NCBI GenBank assembly: GCA_963666425.2
Contig: OY762825.2
Coordinates: forward strand, 1,824,001 to 1,888,000
Direction: 5' to 3'
Length of the DNA stretch: 64,000 nt
Source of the DNA: Bacillota bacterium
Lineage (GTDB): Bacteria; Bacillota; JAAYKD01
The notes beneath the pieces were generated by a model. The model did not search any database. It was not told the origin of the DNA and saw only the letters and a program-made list of their open reading frames with translations. Of this stretch, positions 27,915-42,900 are shown piece after piece. Both the position numbers and the translations under genes were made by a program. How positions within the stretch are numbered: position 1 is the first letter of the stretch; the number at the start of each line of letters is the position of its first letter.

Positions 27915-30900
27915 GTGAAAAACAGCAGGAGATTTGGCTTTCGTAAAATACTGGCACTGCTCTTGGTGCTGGCGCAATTAACGGGGTTAACACCCGGAAT
28001 GTTGGTCATGGCACAGGAGACGGAAACACCCACACAGGCGGAGGCTGTACAATCGGAGACAGCTTTGCCTGATGATACACCTGCGTTGACGGATGCTGAT
28101 GCAGCCAGCGCGCCGGCGCAGAATGAAGCTGCTGCAGAATTGACGACTTTGCCGGAAGCGCCGGTCACGCTTTTGGAAGGTCCTCCCGGCGGACCACCCA
28201 GCGGGCCTCCCGGTGGCGGTACTCTACTGACGGAAGGGATGGCAACCGAAGCCAGTCCGGTGGCCATCACTGATCTTTCCAAAGCCTTTGCCTTTGCCGT
28301 CATGATGCCTTTTGCCACACAAACTGAGTTGTGGTTTAGCCTCACTCTGGCGACCGATACTGTTTTTAGTATCACAGGTGCTGCCTCCGGTATGAGTTTT
28401 GCTTATTTACATGCCATCGAACTTTATCAAAATACGAGTGCCAGCAAGGTGGATACAACCTTCGCCTCCGGCGTGCTGACTTCCAATGCTGTGCTTACTG
28501 CCGGATCTTACCTGATTAAACTGAGAGCATCGGATGCGGCGGGCGTTCCCAGCGGAGCGGCTATTCCAAGCATTCAATGGATGCTGAGCTTTACAACCGG
28601 CAGCGCTGCCAATGTTTTAGCTGAGGGTTCTGCTACCAACCAAAATCCGGTTACCATCGCGGATATTTCCAAATCCTACCTTTTCAAAGTCGGAACCTAT
28701 GCCACACAGCCCAGTGATTTGTGGTTTGCTTTCGCGCTGCCCGGTAACGGCAGTGATATAGCCTTGACGATCACAGGATCCGATCCGGCCAACAGCGGTT
28801 CTTATTTGCACGCGATCGATGTTTACAACAGCTCCGGTCAGCTTCTGCCAGCCAGTTTCGCGGACGGGAGTCTGCAAGCGGAGATTGCCACCAATGCGAC
28901 CTACAAAATCAGGCTGCGTTCCTCTTCTTTGGATGGTACCGCGAGCGGCGGCACAATTCCGGCGATGGATTGGCAGCTGGCTTTCCAAATGGCAGTGATT
29001 ACACCACCTGTGCTGAATGATGCCAATCCAGCCTCGGCGGACAATCCTGCCGTGATCGCCAATATCAATAAAACCTATACTTTTTCGGTGGGAACCTATA
29101 CCACGCAGCCAACCGAGTTATGGCTTAGTTTCACGATCCCGGACGGGGTCAGTAATAAGGAATTGACGATAACCAGTAATTATGTTACTTGGATCGGGTT
29201 TTACCTAAATTCAGTTGAATTATATGATAATTCACAAACGTTGGTTGTATCGGGTGGGATGCCTGCTCATGTCAGCAGCGGGAATTATAACTTAAGGTTA
29301 CGTCCGTCGGATTATTCCGGTACGGTAAATGGTCAGGCGATCCCAACCTCGAATTGGACGCTGCAGTTTCAATTGCTGACGACAGACCCTAATGTCCTGG
29401 CAGAAGGGTCTGCTACCTATGAATCACCGGTTGTGATCGGCAATATCGAGGCAGATTATGCTTATTGCGTGGGTGACTATAGCGTACAGCCAATGAAAGT
29501 ATGGTTTAGCTTTACGATTCCGCAAGGAATCGAGAACCAGAATTATGCCATTCGTAATGCCGCCGGCGACCCTTTCTCCGGCTACAGTCAGTATGCAATC
29601 AGCTATCTGGCGCTCTATGACGGTGCAAAACAGTTGATGGCAGAGAATACGGGAGAAACCCCGCTTATTTTTGCGGCTTTGAGCAGCGGTACTTATTATC
29701 TTGCTGTGGGAAATCAAATGCGTTGGGGACCGGAAGCCGGCGGTTTCATGGAAATCCAACCTGCCAGTTGTAAAATCAGCCTTACTCCAGCGCTCGCTTC
29801 ACCAACTTTAGCAACCGGGTCTCCTGTCAGTGGAAGTTATGCCACAGCACAAACCGTATTTATCAATGTTCCTTCCGGTACGCAGGTGATCTATTCCAGC
29901 AGCAGCGCCAATCCTTGGGAAGATGCCAATGCAGTACTTTACCATGCCGATACCGGCATTACGGTCAGTGAGACGGCAACGCTTCATCTGGCGGCGGTTA
30001 TTTATGATGGAGAGACCATTACCAGCTACAGTAAACCGTTTGGCCTTGTCTATTTGATCGATGAGTATGAACTGACCAGTGTGCGCTCGGAGGTCACGCT
30101 CAGCCCCAACGGAACCAATTACTGGGCGATCGACACGACAGCAACCGGAGCCGGCAATTATGCTTTTTCTTTTGACATGGTCAGCACAGGTTATAGCCAG
30201 ACGATTCATTGGGGGATTTATAACGCCAGCGGTGAACAAGTCAAATACATTATGGCTGCCCGTTATTATGAAGATACAGAAATCCATGAGGTAATCTATT
30301 TGGCTGCCGGCTTCTATTACCTGCAGATCGATTGGCCGGGCTACAGCACTTGTCACCCCAGTATGACGAAAAGTTTGGATGCTATCCCGATGATTAGTGT
30401 GGATGCAGGCAATTATACAACGGCACAAACGGTCTTACTGACCCTGCCGGTCGATGCTCCGGCTGGTGCTGCCATCTATTACAAAATTGATCGCTCTTCC
30501 TGGGTGGATCCTTACTATGAAGCAAAACTTTATAATGGAAATCCGCTGATGATCCGGGCGGAAGGCACGCTATATGCCTATATTAAGGACGATAACGGTC
30601 TGGTTGGACCCGTCAACAGCAAAACCTATACCTTCAACTATACAGAAGGCGCCGAAAGTAAAACCTATAATTCTCTGATTGCCGCACCTGTTTTTAACTT
30701 AGCGAATAACAGCAGCCAAGCGCCAGGAACCGAATTAACCGCCTCAGCGGAAGGTGGACTTGATGTTTACTACTACATTAACAAATCGGCGGATTCTCCG
30801 AATTTAAATACTGTTTATCTCCAAGGAACAGAATATAACGCAGCGATTATTCTGGCTGCGGAGATGCTGAATCCCAATTCCTGGAATGAAGAGATACAGA

Positions 30901-33900
30901 TTTTTGCTGTTGCTTTAGATTCATCTACAGGATTGATCAGTGAGGATGCTTATGTCTATTTAACACTGATTACCCCCGGCCCAACTTTCACACCCGCGGC
31001 TGATCCGACTGCGGTCACCGTACTAGCAGAACCGGCGTTTGTTAGCATTGCGCATGAGACGGCTGGTACCCTATATTATAATCAAAACAGACCAAATTAC
31101 GATCCCTTTTCCTGGGGTTACGTATACAGCAATCCGATTGAAGTCAGCACCAGCATGCTGATTCGTGCGCAGTTGAATATGGGAATAGAAAATAGCGCAA
31201 TCACAGAGGCAAGGTATTTGGTGACAGCCAGTAAGCAATTACCGCTGGATGCCTATGTTTCTGCTTATGGCTTTAAAAACTATACCAACAATTATCATAT
31301 TACGGCAACTGCGGCTGGAACTTATGTTTTATCTGTCAATGCTTCCTATCCTGTCACGGTTTATAATGACACGAAAACAGAAGTCATTGCCAGTCGGACT
31401 GAAGGAACGGCTGACTTGCGCTTTTACCTTCCGGTGGGAACCGCCCGGGTTGTAGTGACCTACCCTGCCGATGTTGCTGAAACAGAATATTATCTTTACC
31501 TGACCCGAATTGTGGCGGAACCTGTGCTTTCTCCGGCTCCTTCCGGAACATGGCAACCGAAGTTATCACTGAATTTGTCATCCTCAGACGGCGATACGAT
31601 CTGGTATTATGTCGGAGAAGTTTTTATTTGGTATACCAATGATCGTTATCCCGATGCCAGATGGCAGTCCAGTCCAACCGCTGTCACTTTACCCGAATTC
31701 ACCGGAGGATATGTCAGATTATCCGCCTACTGCAAAGCGGCTGATGGTAAAACCAGCGCGGTAATCAATCAGCTCTATCAAATTGATGAAACACCGCCTA
31801 CACTGGATGCGGCAAATAATGGGCGTTTTAAATTCAACACAGATAATAATACTTATTCCTATTCCAATATCGGTTCTGCCGGAGCGACTTTGTACAGAAC
31901 CGTTTATGTAAATATCAACGGTGCGACTGACGCTGCCAGCGGGGTGGCAAAAGTTGAATATTACGTTTCCATCGACGGTGGAGCGAGCTACACTGCCTTA
32001 GGCGCAGTCAACCGCACTTCGATGTCGGAAGCAATTCCCAATTTTGCCTGGGATACCACAAATACGACCGGCAACAAAAATACAGATGTCCGCTTAAAAG
32101 CAATCTTAACCGATTTCACCAGTCTAAAAAGTGCAGTTTCGGTTGCGGAGGTTACAGATGCCTACGCCTATTCCTTTACCATAGACAATGCGCCGACTCC
32201 TGTTCCGACAGATTTTACGGTCTCTGCCGGTCCGGGCAAGATTACCCTGAATTGGACTGCTGCAGCCTATCAGTATGCCAATGTCTATCGTTCCACTACC
32301 TTAGCGGGTCTTTCTGCTGCTGTGGAACCGTTTTATCATGGTTATTTCTATTCTGCTGAGAGAAGTTATCTCGATTACTTTTATGCGGCAGCAGATACGG
32401 CATTGGTCTATTATTATGCCGTGACAACGATCGACAGCAGAGGAATCGAAAGCAGCAAGGTTGTTTGCAGTTCACCTGTTTCTCCGCTTGCCGACACCAT
32501 TGCACCCGATTTATATCTCTCGGGTGCAGGCAGTTATGTCAGCCTTGCCAGTGATTTTTATTATAATGCCACGGATAATATTGCGCTGGCTGCTCTGGAA
32601 GCGACGCTGACAGCCGAGAACACTGCGGTGACAACCATTGTCGATCTTGATTTTACCGATCATCGAACGACTGCTTATGGTTATATTACCAATGACCGGA
32701 TGGCGGAATTGGGCTTATCCGGTGGCGCTTACACAGTTACTCTGACAGCGACAGACAGCTATGGCAACCAGTACAGCGAAAGCAGCAGTTTCATCTATGA
32801 TATTACACCGCCGCTATTGCCGGCTACGCTGACCGCCGTTTCGCTGGCCGGTAAGGTCCGCTTAGCCTGGACTGCTTCAGTGTCAACGGATGTGCAGTCT
32901 ATCAATATTTACCGCAGCACCGCAGCGGAGGGATCTTTCGATTATTATACTTCGGTTGCCGGTGATCAAATCAAATTTGATAATTATGACGCGGGCAATG
33001 TCGGAGTCACCTTCTATTATAAAATCAAACTGTTGGATCATGCTTATAACGAGAGCGTTTTCAGTGAGATGGTCTCGGCCGCCGTGGGTGATTTCACACC
33101 CAGCATGCGAATTGCCGCTCAGCCGGTAATCGGTCGGACCACAACGATTTATTTCAGCGGATTCCAGCCCTATGAGACCATTGATTTCTATCTGGATCAG
33201 TCCGCCACGGCATTTGATACCGGTTACAGCAGTTATGAGACCGATACAGAACAGGAAGCGCAGCTGGCGGTTCCATATGACATGACCGGCACGCATACAG
33301 TAAAAGCAATCGGCCGCACTTCGGAAAAAATTGCGCTGCTCCGCTTTACGGTCGGCTCCTATGCGCCGAGTTTTACTTTATCAGCCGGCAGTGTCGCTGT
33401 TGGCGGTAGTTTAAACTATTCGATTGTCGGCTATGCCGATTACAAATATGTTTATTTCTATCTGCAGCCGGATGATGCGGGTACGGAGTATGGTCACTAC
33501 CTTACCTATCAATATTATAGTCAAACAGAGATCAGCAATTCTTTCCAAATTCCAGCCGATACGTTACCCGGGATTTACACGATTCGTGCCGTTCAAATCG
33601 ACAGCGGCTTAACTGCCTATGCCACGGTGACGATTACTGCGCCGCAGGTCAGTCTGGTCATCAATGACTCGTCTCCCACGCTGGGACAATATGTCTACTT
33701 TACCGCCTCCGGATTCCTGCCCTATGAAACGGTTCGCTTTTATCTGGCCGATTTGCCTGGATATGCACAGCAAAGCGGTTATACCGGTCAGGCGAGTTAT
33801 TCTGTGCAATTACCTGGTTCGATCACGGGCGGCAGCTTTGTCACTTTGGCGGTGGGACAGACAAGCGGCTTGGCGGCTGAACTGACGGTTCCAATCAGCA

Positions 33901-36900
33901 GTGCGATTCCCGGCATTACCTTACCGGCCATAGTCCAGCCAGGCAGTGTCTTTACCGTTTCCGGCAGCGATTTCACCCCTTACTCCAATGTCAAATTGTT
34001 GGTGGACGGAGTTGAAAAAACGACTGTCTATTCCTACGAAGGCAATGTCAGCATCAATTATTCTTTCGCGGATACCGCTGCGGAAGGACGCCATGCCATT
34101 GAATTACTGGACACCAGCGGCAGCAAAGCAGGCGGCAGTGTCGTTTTGCTGCGGCCAAGTCTGACGTTGACACTTTCGGCAGAACCTACCTTAGGCGAAG
34201 ATTTGACGCTGATTGCCACCGGTTTCAGAAACAATGAAACCGTTGCCTTTACGATGAACGGGGTAGCACAGGGGAATGCGGTCGCGGATGCCTCCGGGAT
34301 AGCAGCACTGACCATTCACGCTCTGGATGTGACTTCCTCCTCTTATTTCTTTACGGCCGCGGCGGTTTCCGGCAGCGTCACCAAAGGCTGGCGCAGCAAT
34401 GGCCCGGACAATGAACTGAGCATTGCCTATACCGGTGCGATGCAGCCCGATGTCTTATTCCACTTTACGGTTGCTCAATTAGCGGAAGGGGAAGCCATCC
34501 GTGTTTATCTCAATCATCAGCTCTATGCGCTGAATCCCGCTGTAACAGCGGCTGCTGACGGCACGGCTTCCTTCTCGGTCACACTGCCTGCCGGTTACTC
34601 AAGCGACAGCTTGAATCTCACTGTCATGGGTGAAACGAATTCTCTCTGGCAGACGGCGACGGTTCCGGTTCATCAGACAACACCGGTGCTGACTGTGACG
34701 CCGAGCAGCCCGACCGCCGGCAGCGTCCTCGATTTTTCTGTCAGCGGTTTTGCTCCGGGAGAAACGGCAGCGCTCTGGTTTAACGCAAAACCCGTCGCGA
34801 GTGCTGCAGCCGATGGTAGCGGCGCAGCGGTGCTGAGTTATACACCCGATATCGCAGCGATTGCGGGAGATTATCCGGTCGTCGTTGCGGGCTCGCGCAG
34901 TAATCATTATCTGAAAAAAACGATAACCCTGAATAGCTATGTCTTTACGGTCAATGCGCCTGCCACAGCGGATCCGGGCAGCAGAGTCACGCTCGCTGCC
35001 AGCGGTTTAGTAGAAGGTGAGACCCTGCATTTGCTGTTTGATCAGACTTGTATCAGCGGCAGTGGTATCATTGCCGCTGCCGGCTCGGCGGCGCTTGATT
35101 ATACGATTCCGCCTTATCTGGCTGCCGGCAATCATAGTATTCGCTTTGTGCTTGCCAAGAGCGCTGTGCTGATTGAAAAGAGTATTTATATTACCGATCT
35201 TACACCGCAGCTTGCCGCCAGCCAATCCGGAACAGAAACGAAAGCCAGCTTAAATTTGAGTGGTTTTCTGCCGGGTGAAGGTGTGCTGGTTTATTTCGAT
35301 CAGCGCGATGTGACGGCAAATACGACCACAGCAGAGGGCAGTTCTTCCTTCGTGATCAGCGAGACGGGAGCCCTGACGCTGATTTATAATTTCCCTGCCA
35401 GCATTACCTCCGGTGATCACAGTTTCGCGGTGATCGGCAAAGCCAGCCAACGGGCTGCTTACAGTACGCTGGCGGTTGAGGTGACCGGACAACGTCTGAC
35501 CGTTGCCAACAGCGAGGGCAGAGCCGAAGGGAAGCCGGGTGATCTGCTCACCTTACACGCCGATGGTTTCACAGCCAGCGTTGATGTCAGCGTGTTGTTT
35601 GGTGAAATTAATCTGACGCCGGCAAACCATACAACCGATGCAATCGGGGCTTACTCAGCGACCATCGTTCTTCCGCTCGGAACAGCAGAAGGTCTGCATG
35701 CAATTCAAATTGTAGCGGCTTCTGTCAGCGAATTGGCGCAAACCACGCTGCGGGTGGATACCACCGCTCCAGCCGTGCCGGAATTGCGGGCGACTCCTGC
35801 CAAACGTCAGATTACCCTGGCTTGGGATAAATCCGCCGATGTGGATACCACTTCCTATCTGATTTACCGCAAATTGAGCACAGAGAATGCCGACAGTTAC
35901 GTCTTGACCGATACACTGGATGCAGCCGTCAACACCGTCACTCATTCCCTGACTGAAGGCAGCCATCCTTTGGCAGTCGATGTCAATTATCACTACATCA
36001 TCAAAGCCAGGGATCGTTTGGGCAATCTCAGCGTCGCTTCCGCTGCTTTGACCGCTGCCCTGCTGCCCGATACCGCGGCTCCGGTTCTCGAGTATATGGG
36101 TAATCCTTATGCTGGCTATCGTAATGGTTTTTATGTATTGCAGGGTTCGGCTCATTTCACTCCGACCATCAGCGATGACCGTCAGGCTTCGACGGTGCTG
36201 CTGGAGTACAGCAAGACTGGTACGAATTATACCGCGCTCCCAGCCGTCAGTTTGACTTATCAAGGTCAAAGCTATTACAGCGGTCTGTTTACTTTCCGCG
36301 GGGATATCACGCTCGATACGCTGGCGATTACGAACCAGCCAAATTTCGGTGATGGGCTTTATACGATTCGCTTAAGTGTAACCGACGCGGCCGGTAAAAC
36401 AGCAGTCCGTACGCAGCAGTATTATATTGATAACACGAAACCGGCAGCGCCAACCAATTTGGCTGCCGCTGCGGGTCCCAAGATGGTCAAGCTGACCTGG
36501 AATTACGGCGAGATCAGTGATGTGAATTATTTCCTGCTTCAATTCGGTCCCGATTTGGAACATTTGACGACATATTATCTATCCGCCTCTACCCGCAGTT
36601 ATGACCTGGTCAACCTGCTGCCGGCAACGGAATATATCATGCAGTTAGCCGCCCGAGATGATGTGAATAATATCAGTGACGCGGTAACAGTCCGTGCGAC
36701 GCCGATCATCGATACCGAAAAACCGATCCTGCCTTTGGACACGATCAGCCCGGCCGCCAACAGCCGGATCAGTAAGAATTTGAACTTGCAGCTCAAAGCA
36801 ACCGACAATGTGGGGCTGAGCCGCTTCCTGCTTTCGATCGCGCCGTTTGGCAGCACTGAATTCACGTCCATCGATCCGGCGGAGATCAACAGTTATATTT

Positions 36901-39900
36901 ATTCCAACATTCAGTATCTTTATCTGGAAAACCTCAGTTACCAAGGCAATTATACACTGCGCCTGATTGCCGTCGACAGTGCCGATTTACAGTCTGATCC
37001 GGTGGAAATTACCTATCAATTTGATACACAGGCGCCGCAGCTGACTGCGCTGACGGCCACAGCGATTTCCGGCGGTATCATGATCAGTTGGGCGAAGGCT
37101 GCCGATGCGGATTTGTATTTCTATTACTTGCTGCGGAAAGCGCCCGGCGAGACCGACTACAGCTATTATCGCTACATTTCACCCAGCTACTATGCGCAAA
37201 CAAGTGGCTTGATCGCTTATTTGGATTATGCGGTGACTGCCGGTGAAACCTATGCTTATAAGATTTCAGCCTACGACGATCTGAATAACAGCACAAATCC
37301 CGCGGAGGCTACAGCAGTCTCGGCTCAGCCAGGTGCCTTCAATTTGACGCTGAGCCTGACACCCACGCAGGATGTCAAACCGGGCGCCGTGCTCAGTCTG
37401 ACTGCCACGGGCTTAAGTCCCTATGAAAGTGCGGTTTTCAGCATTGACGGCTTGGAAATTTTCACCGCTTACGCCAATGAAAAAGGCAATCTGCTCTATG
37501 ATTGGAGTTACATCAAGAACACCACCAGTGGTGAACATACCCTTCAAATGCAGAGCAGTTCCAGCAATCAGCTGAAGAGCGTGAATTTTACCGCGGTAGC
37601 AACCAAACTTGCTGCGCCGGGAAACGTCAATGCGGCGGCGGGTATCATGAATATCAGCCTCAGTTGGGATGCGGTCGGCGCCGCTTATGGTTATCAGCTT
37701 TACCGTAAAGCGGACGAGGGCGATTACTTGCTGCTGGTTGATAAGATTTATGGCAGAACCTATACCGATTATGCGGTCGCCAAAGACATCGTCTATTCCT
37801 ACCAGGTAGCCGCCTTCGACCGTTATAATGCGATTGGTGAAAAGAGCATTGAGGCGATTGCCAAACCGGATCCGGATCAGATCGCACCGGAGATTGCTGT
37901 TTTTGTTTCGAATCGAGACGGCAATCTGCTGACACTGGTGGCAACCGTCAGCGATGATATTCGGCTGGCCAAAGTCGATTTTGCTTATAAACCGGCCGGT
38001 ACGGATGATTCTGCTTATCAGATGATTGAGTCTGTCAGCATCAGCGGCAGTAAAAAGACCGCGGCAGCCAGCTGCAGTTTCGATACATCCGCTTTGACTC
38101 AGGGCAATTATACGCTGCGGGCGATCGTTTGGGATGGCGCCAACAATCAGTCGACTCCCCGCACCCTCTCCACAACGATCTCCACCTCATTACCGCATGC
38201 CCCTCAGAATTTAACCGCTGTGGCGGGCCAGATGCGCATTGCCCTGCGCTGGGAGGCGCCGGGAGTGATAGAGGAACCGATCGCCCGCTACAATATCTAT
38301 CGCAAAGTGGGTGAAGCCGATTTTGTCTTGCTTTCCACCACGACTCTAACCAATTATACCGATTTGGCCGTCGGGCTGGCAACAGCTTATACCTATCAGG
38401 TCAAAGCAGTCAACGTCTTTGGTTACGAAGGTCCGGAAGTGAGAATGACGACGCCGGTCACAGCGCTGGCCGACACCAGCGTGCCGGTGATCAGCGGCTT
38501 TGCGCCCGCTGCCAATAGCCGCTTGGGCGGGCAAATCAACATGAGTGTAATCGCCAGCGATAATGTAGCGGTTAAGCAAATTGATTTCTTTGTCGTCACT
38601 GCCAACGGTCTGCTCACTCTGGGCCGCAGTGAGACGGGATCAATCAGTTTCAATAGTGTCAATTATCAAACCGAAGGGGATCTGGTCATCAAAGCTAGGG
38701 TCCGTGATGCTGCCGGTAATCAAGCGGAGCAAACGGTAACTTACAAAGTGGATAATGTCGCGCCGACAGCACCGTTGGCGACGGCTGCCTCAGGTGAGCT
38801 TTCCATTCAGCTGACCTGGAGCCTGCCATTGATGCCAACCGATCTCTCCTATTATAACGTTTATGTTTTAGCTAACAACACCACACCGGAGCAGAATACC
38901 ACGCCGCCTGTTGCGAAAGTCACGACGCTGTTCTATAACTACAAAGTCGGTACCACTGCCAGTTTTTATATCACAGCGGTGGATAGCTTGGACAATGAAA
39001 GTATCGCCTCCAATATCGTAACAGCCACACCCGGCACCGATCGGACCGCGCCGGTGATTTTAAGCCTGACACCTAACAATCAGGCCATCGTCAGAGCCGA
39101 TACGAATGTGCGGGCAGACGCGACCGATAATGTGGCGGTCAACAGCTACCTGTTTGAAGTCATCCCGATGTTGCAGGATACGGATACCGGCAGCTTAAAG
39201 ATCATGCCTGCCGCTGCCTGGACAGAATTGAGTTTGCAGCCAACCACCCCAACAATAAAAACCGGCAGTTTTGTTTGGAATACGCAGGACAGCATCATTA
39301 CAGCGGAAGGACTGCAGGCCAGATATCCCGATGGTTATTACACCTTGCGGGTAACAGCCAAAGATATGATCGGTAATGCCAGCCTAAAAACCGAAGTGGT
39401 GAAAGTCGCCAATCATCCGCCGATCGCTCCCGACGGTTTGCGTGTCGATGCGGGAGAATGGCGTCTGATGGTCAGCTGGAAACCGATGAGCGGCAGTGAT
39501 GTAGCCGGTTATAAGGTGGAACGTCAAATCGAAGGCGAGTCAGGCTTTACTGAAGTGGCTGAAACAACTTCTAATGTCTATATCGAAACCGGAGTCAGCC
39601 CGCTTAGCCTCTACAGTTATCGGGTAGCCATGATCAATGATCTGGGCAACCTTGGGCCTTGGGCAGCGATCAGCAATCAGCGTGCTTTGGAAGAGACGTC
39701 AACCCCATCCATTCTCAGTATGAGCCCGCTGCAGGACCAACGTTTCAATAGTGCACTTAACTTAAAAATTCTGGCACAGGACGAAGTGGCGATCGAGCAG
39801 ATTAAGCTTTCTTATTACCGCATCGGTGATCAATCTTCAGGAGAAATTCCTGCTGAAGCGGTCTATACGGAAATCGCTGTCTTAAGCGGTGCGTCAATCG

Positions 39901-42900
39901 TTTATGGCAATGTGGAAACCTCAGAGAACGACGTCTTTGGTACGGATTGTTATACCGCCGCATATCGTTGGACGACCGAAGCCCTTGCAGAAGGACTCTA
40001 TGCGCTAAAAGCGGTCGCCTATAACAAGGGCAATCAAACTGCTTTCATCGTCAAGAAATACTATAAAGATACCCAGCCGCCAGCCGCTCCCGGCGGCGTG
40101 ACGCTGACCGATCCGGGCATCGGACAGACACTGAACCTGACCTGGACGTCAGGTGCGGATGTTTTACGTTATGAAATCTATCGCAGTACGAATGCGGAGG
40201 CGGTCTTCACTTATGCTGAACCGGCCGGGTATCTGAAATTGCCTGCTACACTCAGCCCGACCTTTTCCGATACCGGGTTGACGGATGGTATGACCTATTA
40301 CTATCACATCGTAACCGTCGATGCTGCCGGAAATGTCAGTAATCCTTCCTCCCGGGTCAGCGGCACGCCCACAGCCAAGAGTGATCTCGGTATTCAAGCC
40401 ATTTACACCGATCCGGCAGTGCTCATTCTTGGGCGCAATAATAGCTTAAAAGCGTCTATGCGTAATGATGGCACCGCTAGGGCAACCGGCGTGGTTACGT
40501 TTTATTACTTTGACGGAACCAGCGATATCGCGGTAGGAAGTGTCAATGTCGACTATGCTGCCAATACAGGCGGTGAAACCAGCCTGGTTTGGCTCGCTCC
40601 ACTGACGCTGTCGGCGTCCGTTACCGTCAAAGCAACGGTCACGACCAATCCCGGCAGCGATGATATCAGCGCCGAGAACAATCAGTTTACACGGTCCAGC
40701 ATCGCAACCAATCAGCCACCCACGGCGGTGATTACGCTGCCTGCAGAACCTTACGAATCCGGTTTCCTTTTAAGCTTCAATGCAAATGCTTCAAGCGATG
40801 TTGGCGGCCGTATCGTTTCCTATGCCTGGGATTTTGGCAACAGTAAGAAAGCCGAAGGAGCGGCAGCGACCAGCCAATACACCTTACCGGGTGAATATAC
40901 GATTCGCTTAACCGTCAAGGACAACAACGGAGCAGAAACGACGGCTGTACAGACGATTATCGTTGGAGATAAGCGTCCTGACCTCTATGTTGATTCGATT
41001 CGCTGGACTCCAAGCGAAACCAAAGAAGGCGACGTGGTCACCATCACGGCAGTCATTGGCAACAAAGGCTTCGGCAACGCTGCTTTGGGTTTCCTGACCG
41101 GCTTCTATATCGACAATCAGTATATGGGTTACAGCAAATGCGATGTGAATCTGAACAATATCAGTCTTGCCAGAGGGGAAACACGGGAAGTCAGTTTCAA
41201 TTATGTCGCTGCAGCCGGTGTGCATGTGGTAAAAGTAGTGGCCAACGACATCCTCGATACCCTGAAAGAAACAGATAAGGGCAATAATAACCGCAGCGCA
41301 GTGCTGAGCAATCAGCAAATCTCTTTTGCTGATGTCGGAGTGGAGAGCATTGTCTGGGTGCCGGACGGAACGGTTTTTGATACGCAGCAGGCGTTTGCTT
41401 ATCGCACCGTGATCAAGAATCACGGCAGCGCAAGCGCAGCTAATTTTGGAGTTTCACTCTATATTGACGACGAATACCGCGGCCGACAGATGGTTCCCAA
41501 TTTGGCGGTCGGAGCGGAGATGACCTTAAATTACTACGTCGCTCCGGCAGTTGGCATTCACAAAGTCGAAATCAAAGTGGATGACCTCAATCCGGTCCTG
41601 ATCGAAGAAAATACGACCAACAATAATGCCAATCTCATCACTGAGGATTTCACCGTCATTTATCCTGAAATCACGGTCGGAAATATTATTTGGAAACCGA
41701 CCGAAACGACCCTGACCGAAGGTACCTCCATCACGTTTGAAGCGAAGCTGATCAATAACAGCACCATCAATATCACAAAGAATTTCCTGGTGCACGTGGC
41801 GATGGATGGCAGAGTCTTTAAAACGATCACAGTCTATGGTTTGAAGGCCGGCGAAGTCAAGGATGTGCTGACGAAATGGTCGGCTTCCAGCGGTGAACAC
41901 AGCTTTAAAGTGATCGTCGATGCCAAGAAGGCCGTCATTGATCCGGATACCACGGTAGAAAAGAGTATCACCATTCCCAAACTTTCTATCCTTTATCCGA
42001 ATCTGCACATCAGTAATGTATCCTATTCTCCATTGTCGGTAGAAACCAATAAGATGGTCAGTTTCTTAGTCAGTATCAACAATCAAAGTGTGGCGACCGC
42101 ATTCAAACGTTTCAATATCGGTTTGTATGTGGATGGCAAAGCGGTGGCCGGTTCCACCATCGACGGTATTCGCGGCTACAGCACGGTTCCGGTTGTGATC
42201 AATTGGACACCGGAAACTGCGGGACTGCACACAATCCAAATCCTGGCGGACAGCTTTGGTGAGTTGACCATGAGCGCCGCGACCGAAGGGATACGCCGCA
42301 GCTGGACGACCAGTTTGCAAGTCAGCGAAGCACTTGTCCTGAAAACCAATCCGAACAAAGAGGCGCAGGACGAAGATTTCATGGCGGTGCTCTATACCAG
42401 CGGAGATGGTTTTATCCCGCTCTCGGCCAGCCTGCGTCATGCCAGCATCAGCAGCCAGAATTTAGGACCGGATGAGGATGCATCGGTCAGTTATACCTTG
42501 AAGAAAGGCAGCGTGCTGGTATCCGGCTTTGAAGGACAGATGGCGTTCAATTCCAGCAACCGTCAATTCGAATATCAATTGCCGATCACGACGGAACTGA
42601 CAACCGGGACCTATACGCTGGAATTTTTGGGCAGCTGCGGCACAGAGATTTTAAGCAGCATCTGCAACATCATGATTGTCAAGGAAACGACAGTCACGTT
42701 GGAAACCAATAAGGACACTTATTTGTTGGGTGAAACGATTCGGGTCAGCGGCCGCATGACGGTCGGCGGGCAGCCGGTCGCCAACGAACGGGTTGTCTTG
42801 GACTTCCAGCTGCAGCCGCGGCTGACCGATCCGCTGCGGGGTTATGACGCCAAGGGGAATGAGATCATGATGATCTGGCAGGCGGAAGAAATTGTCTTCG

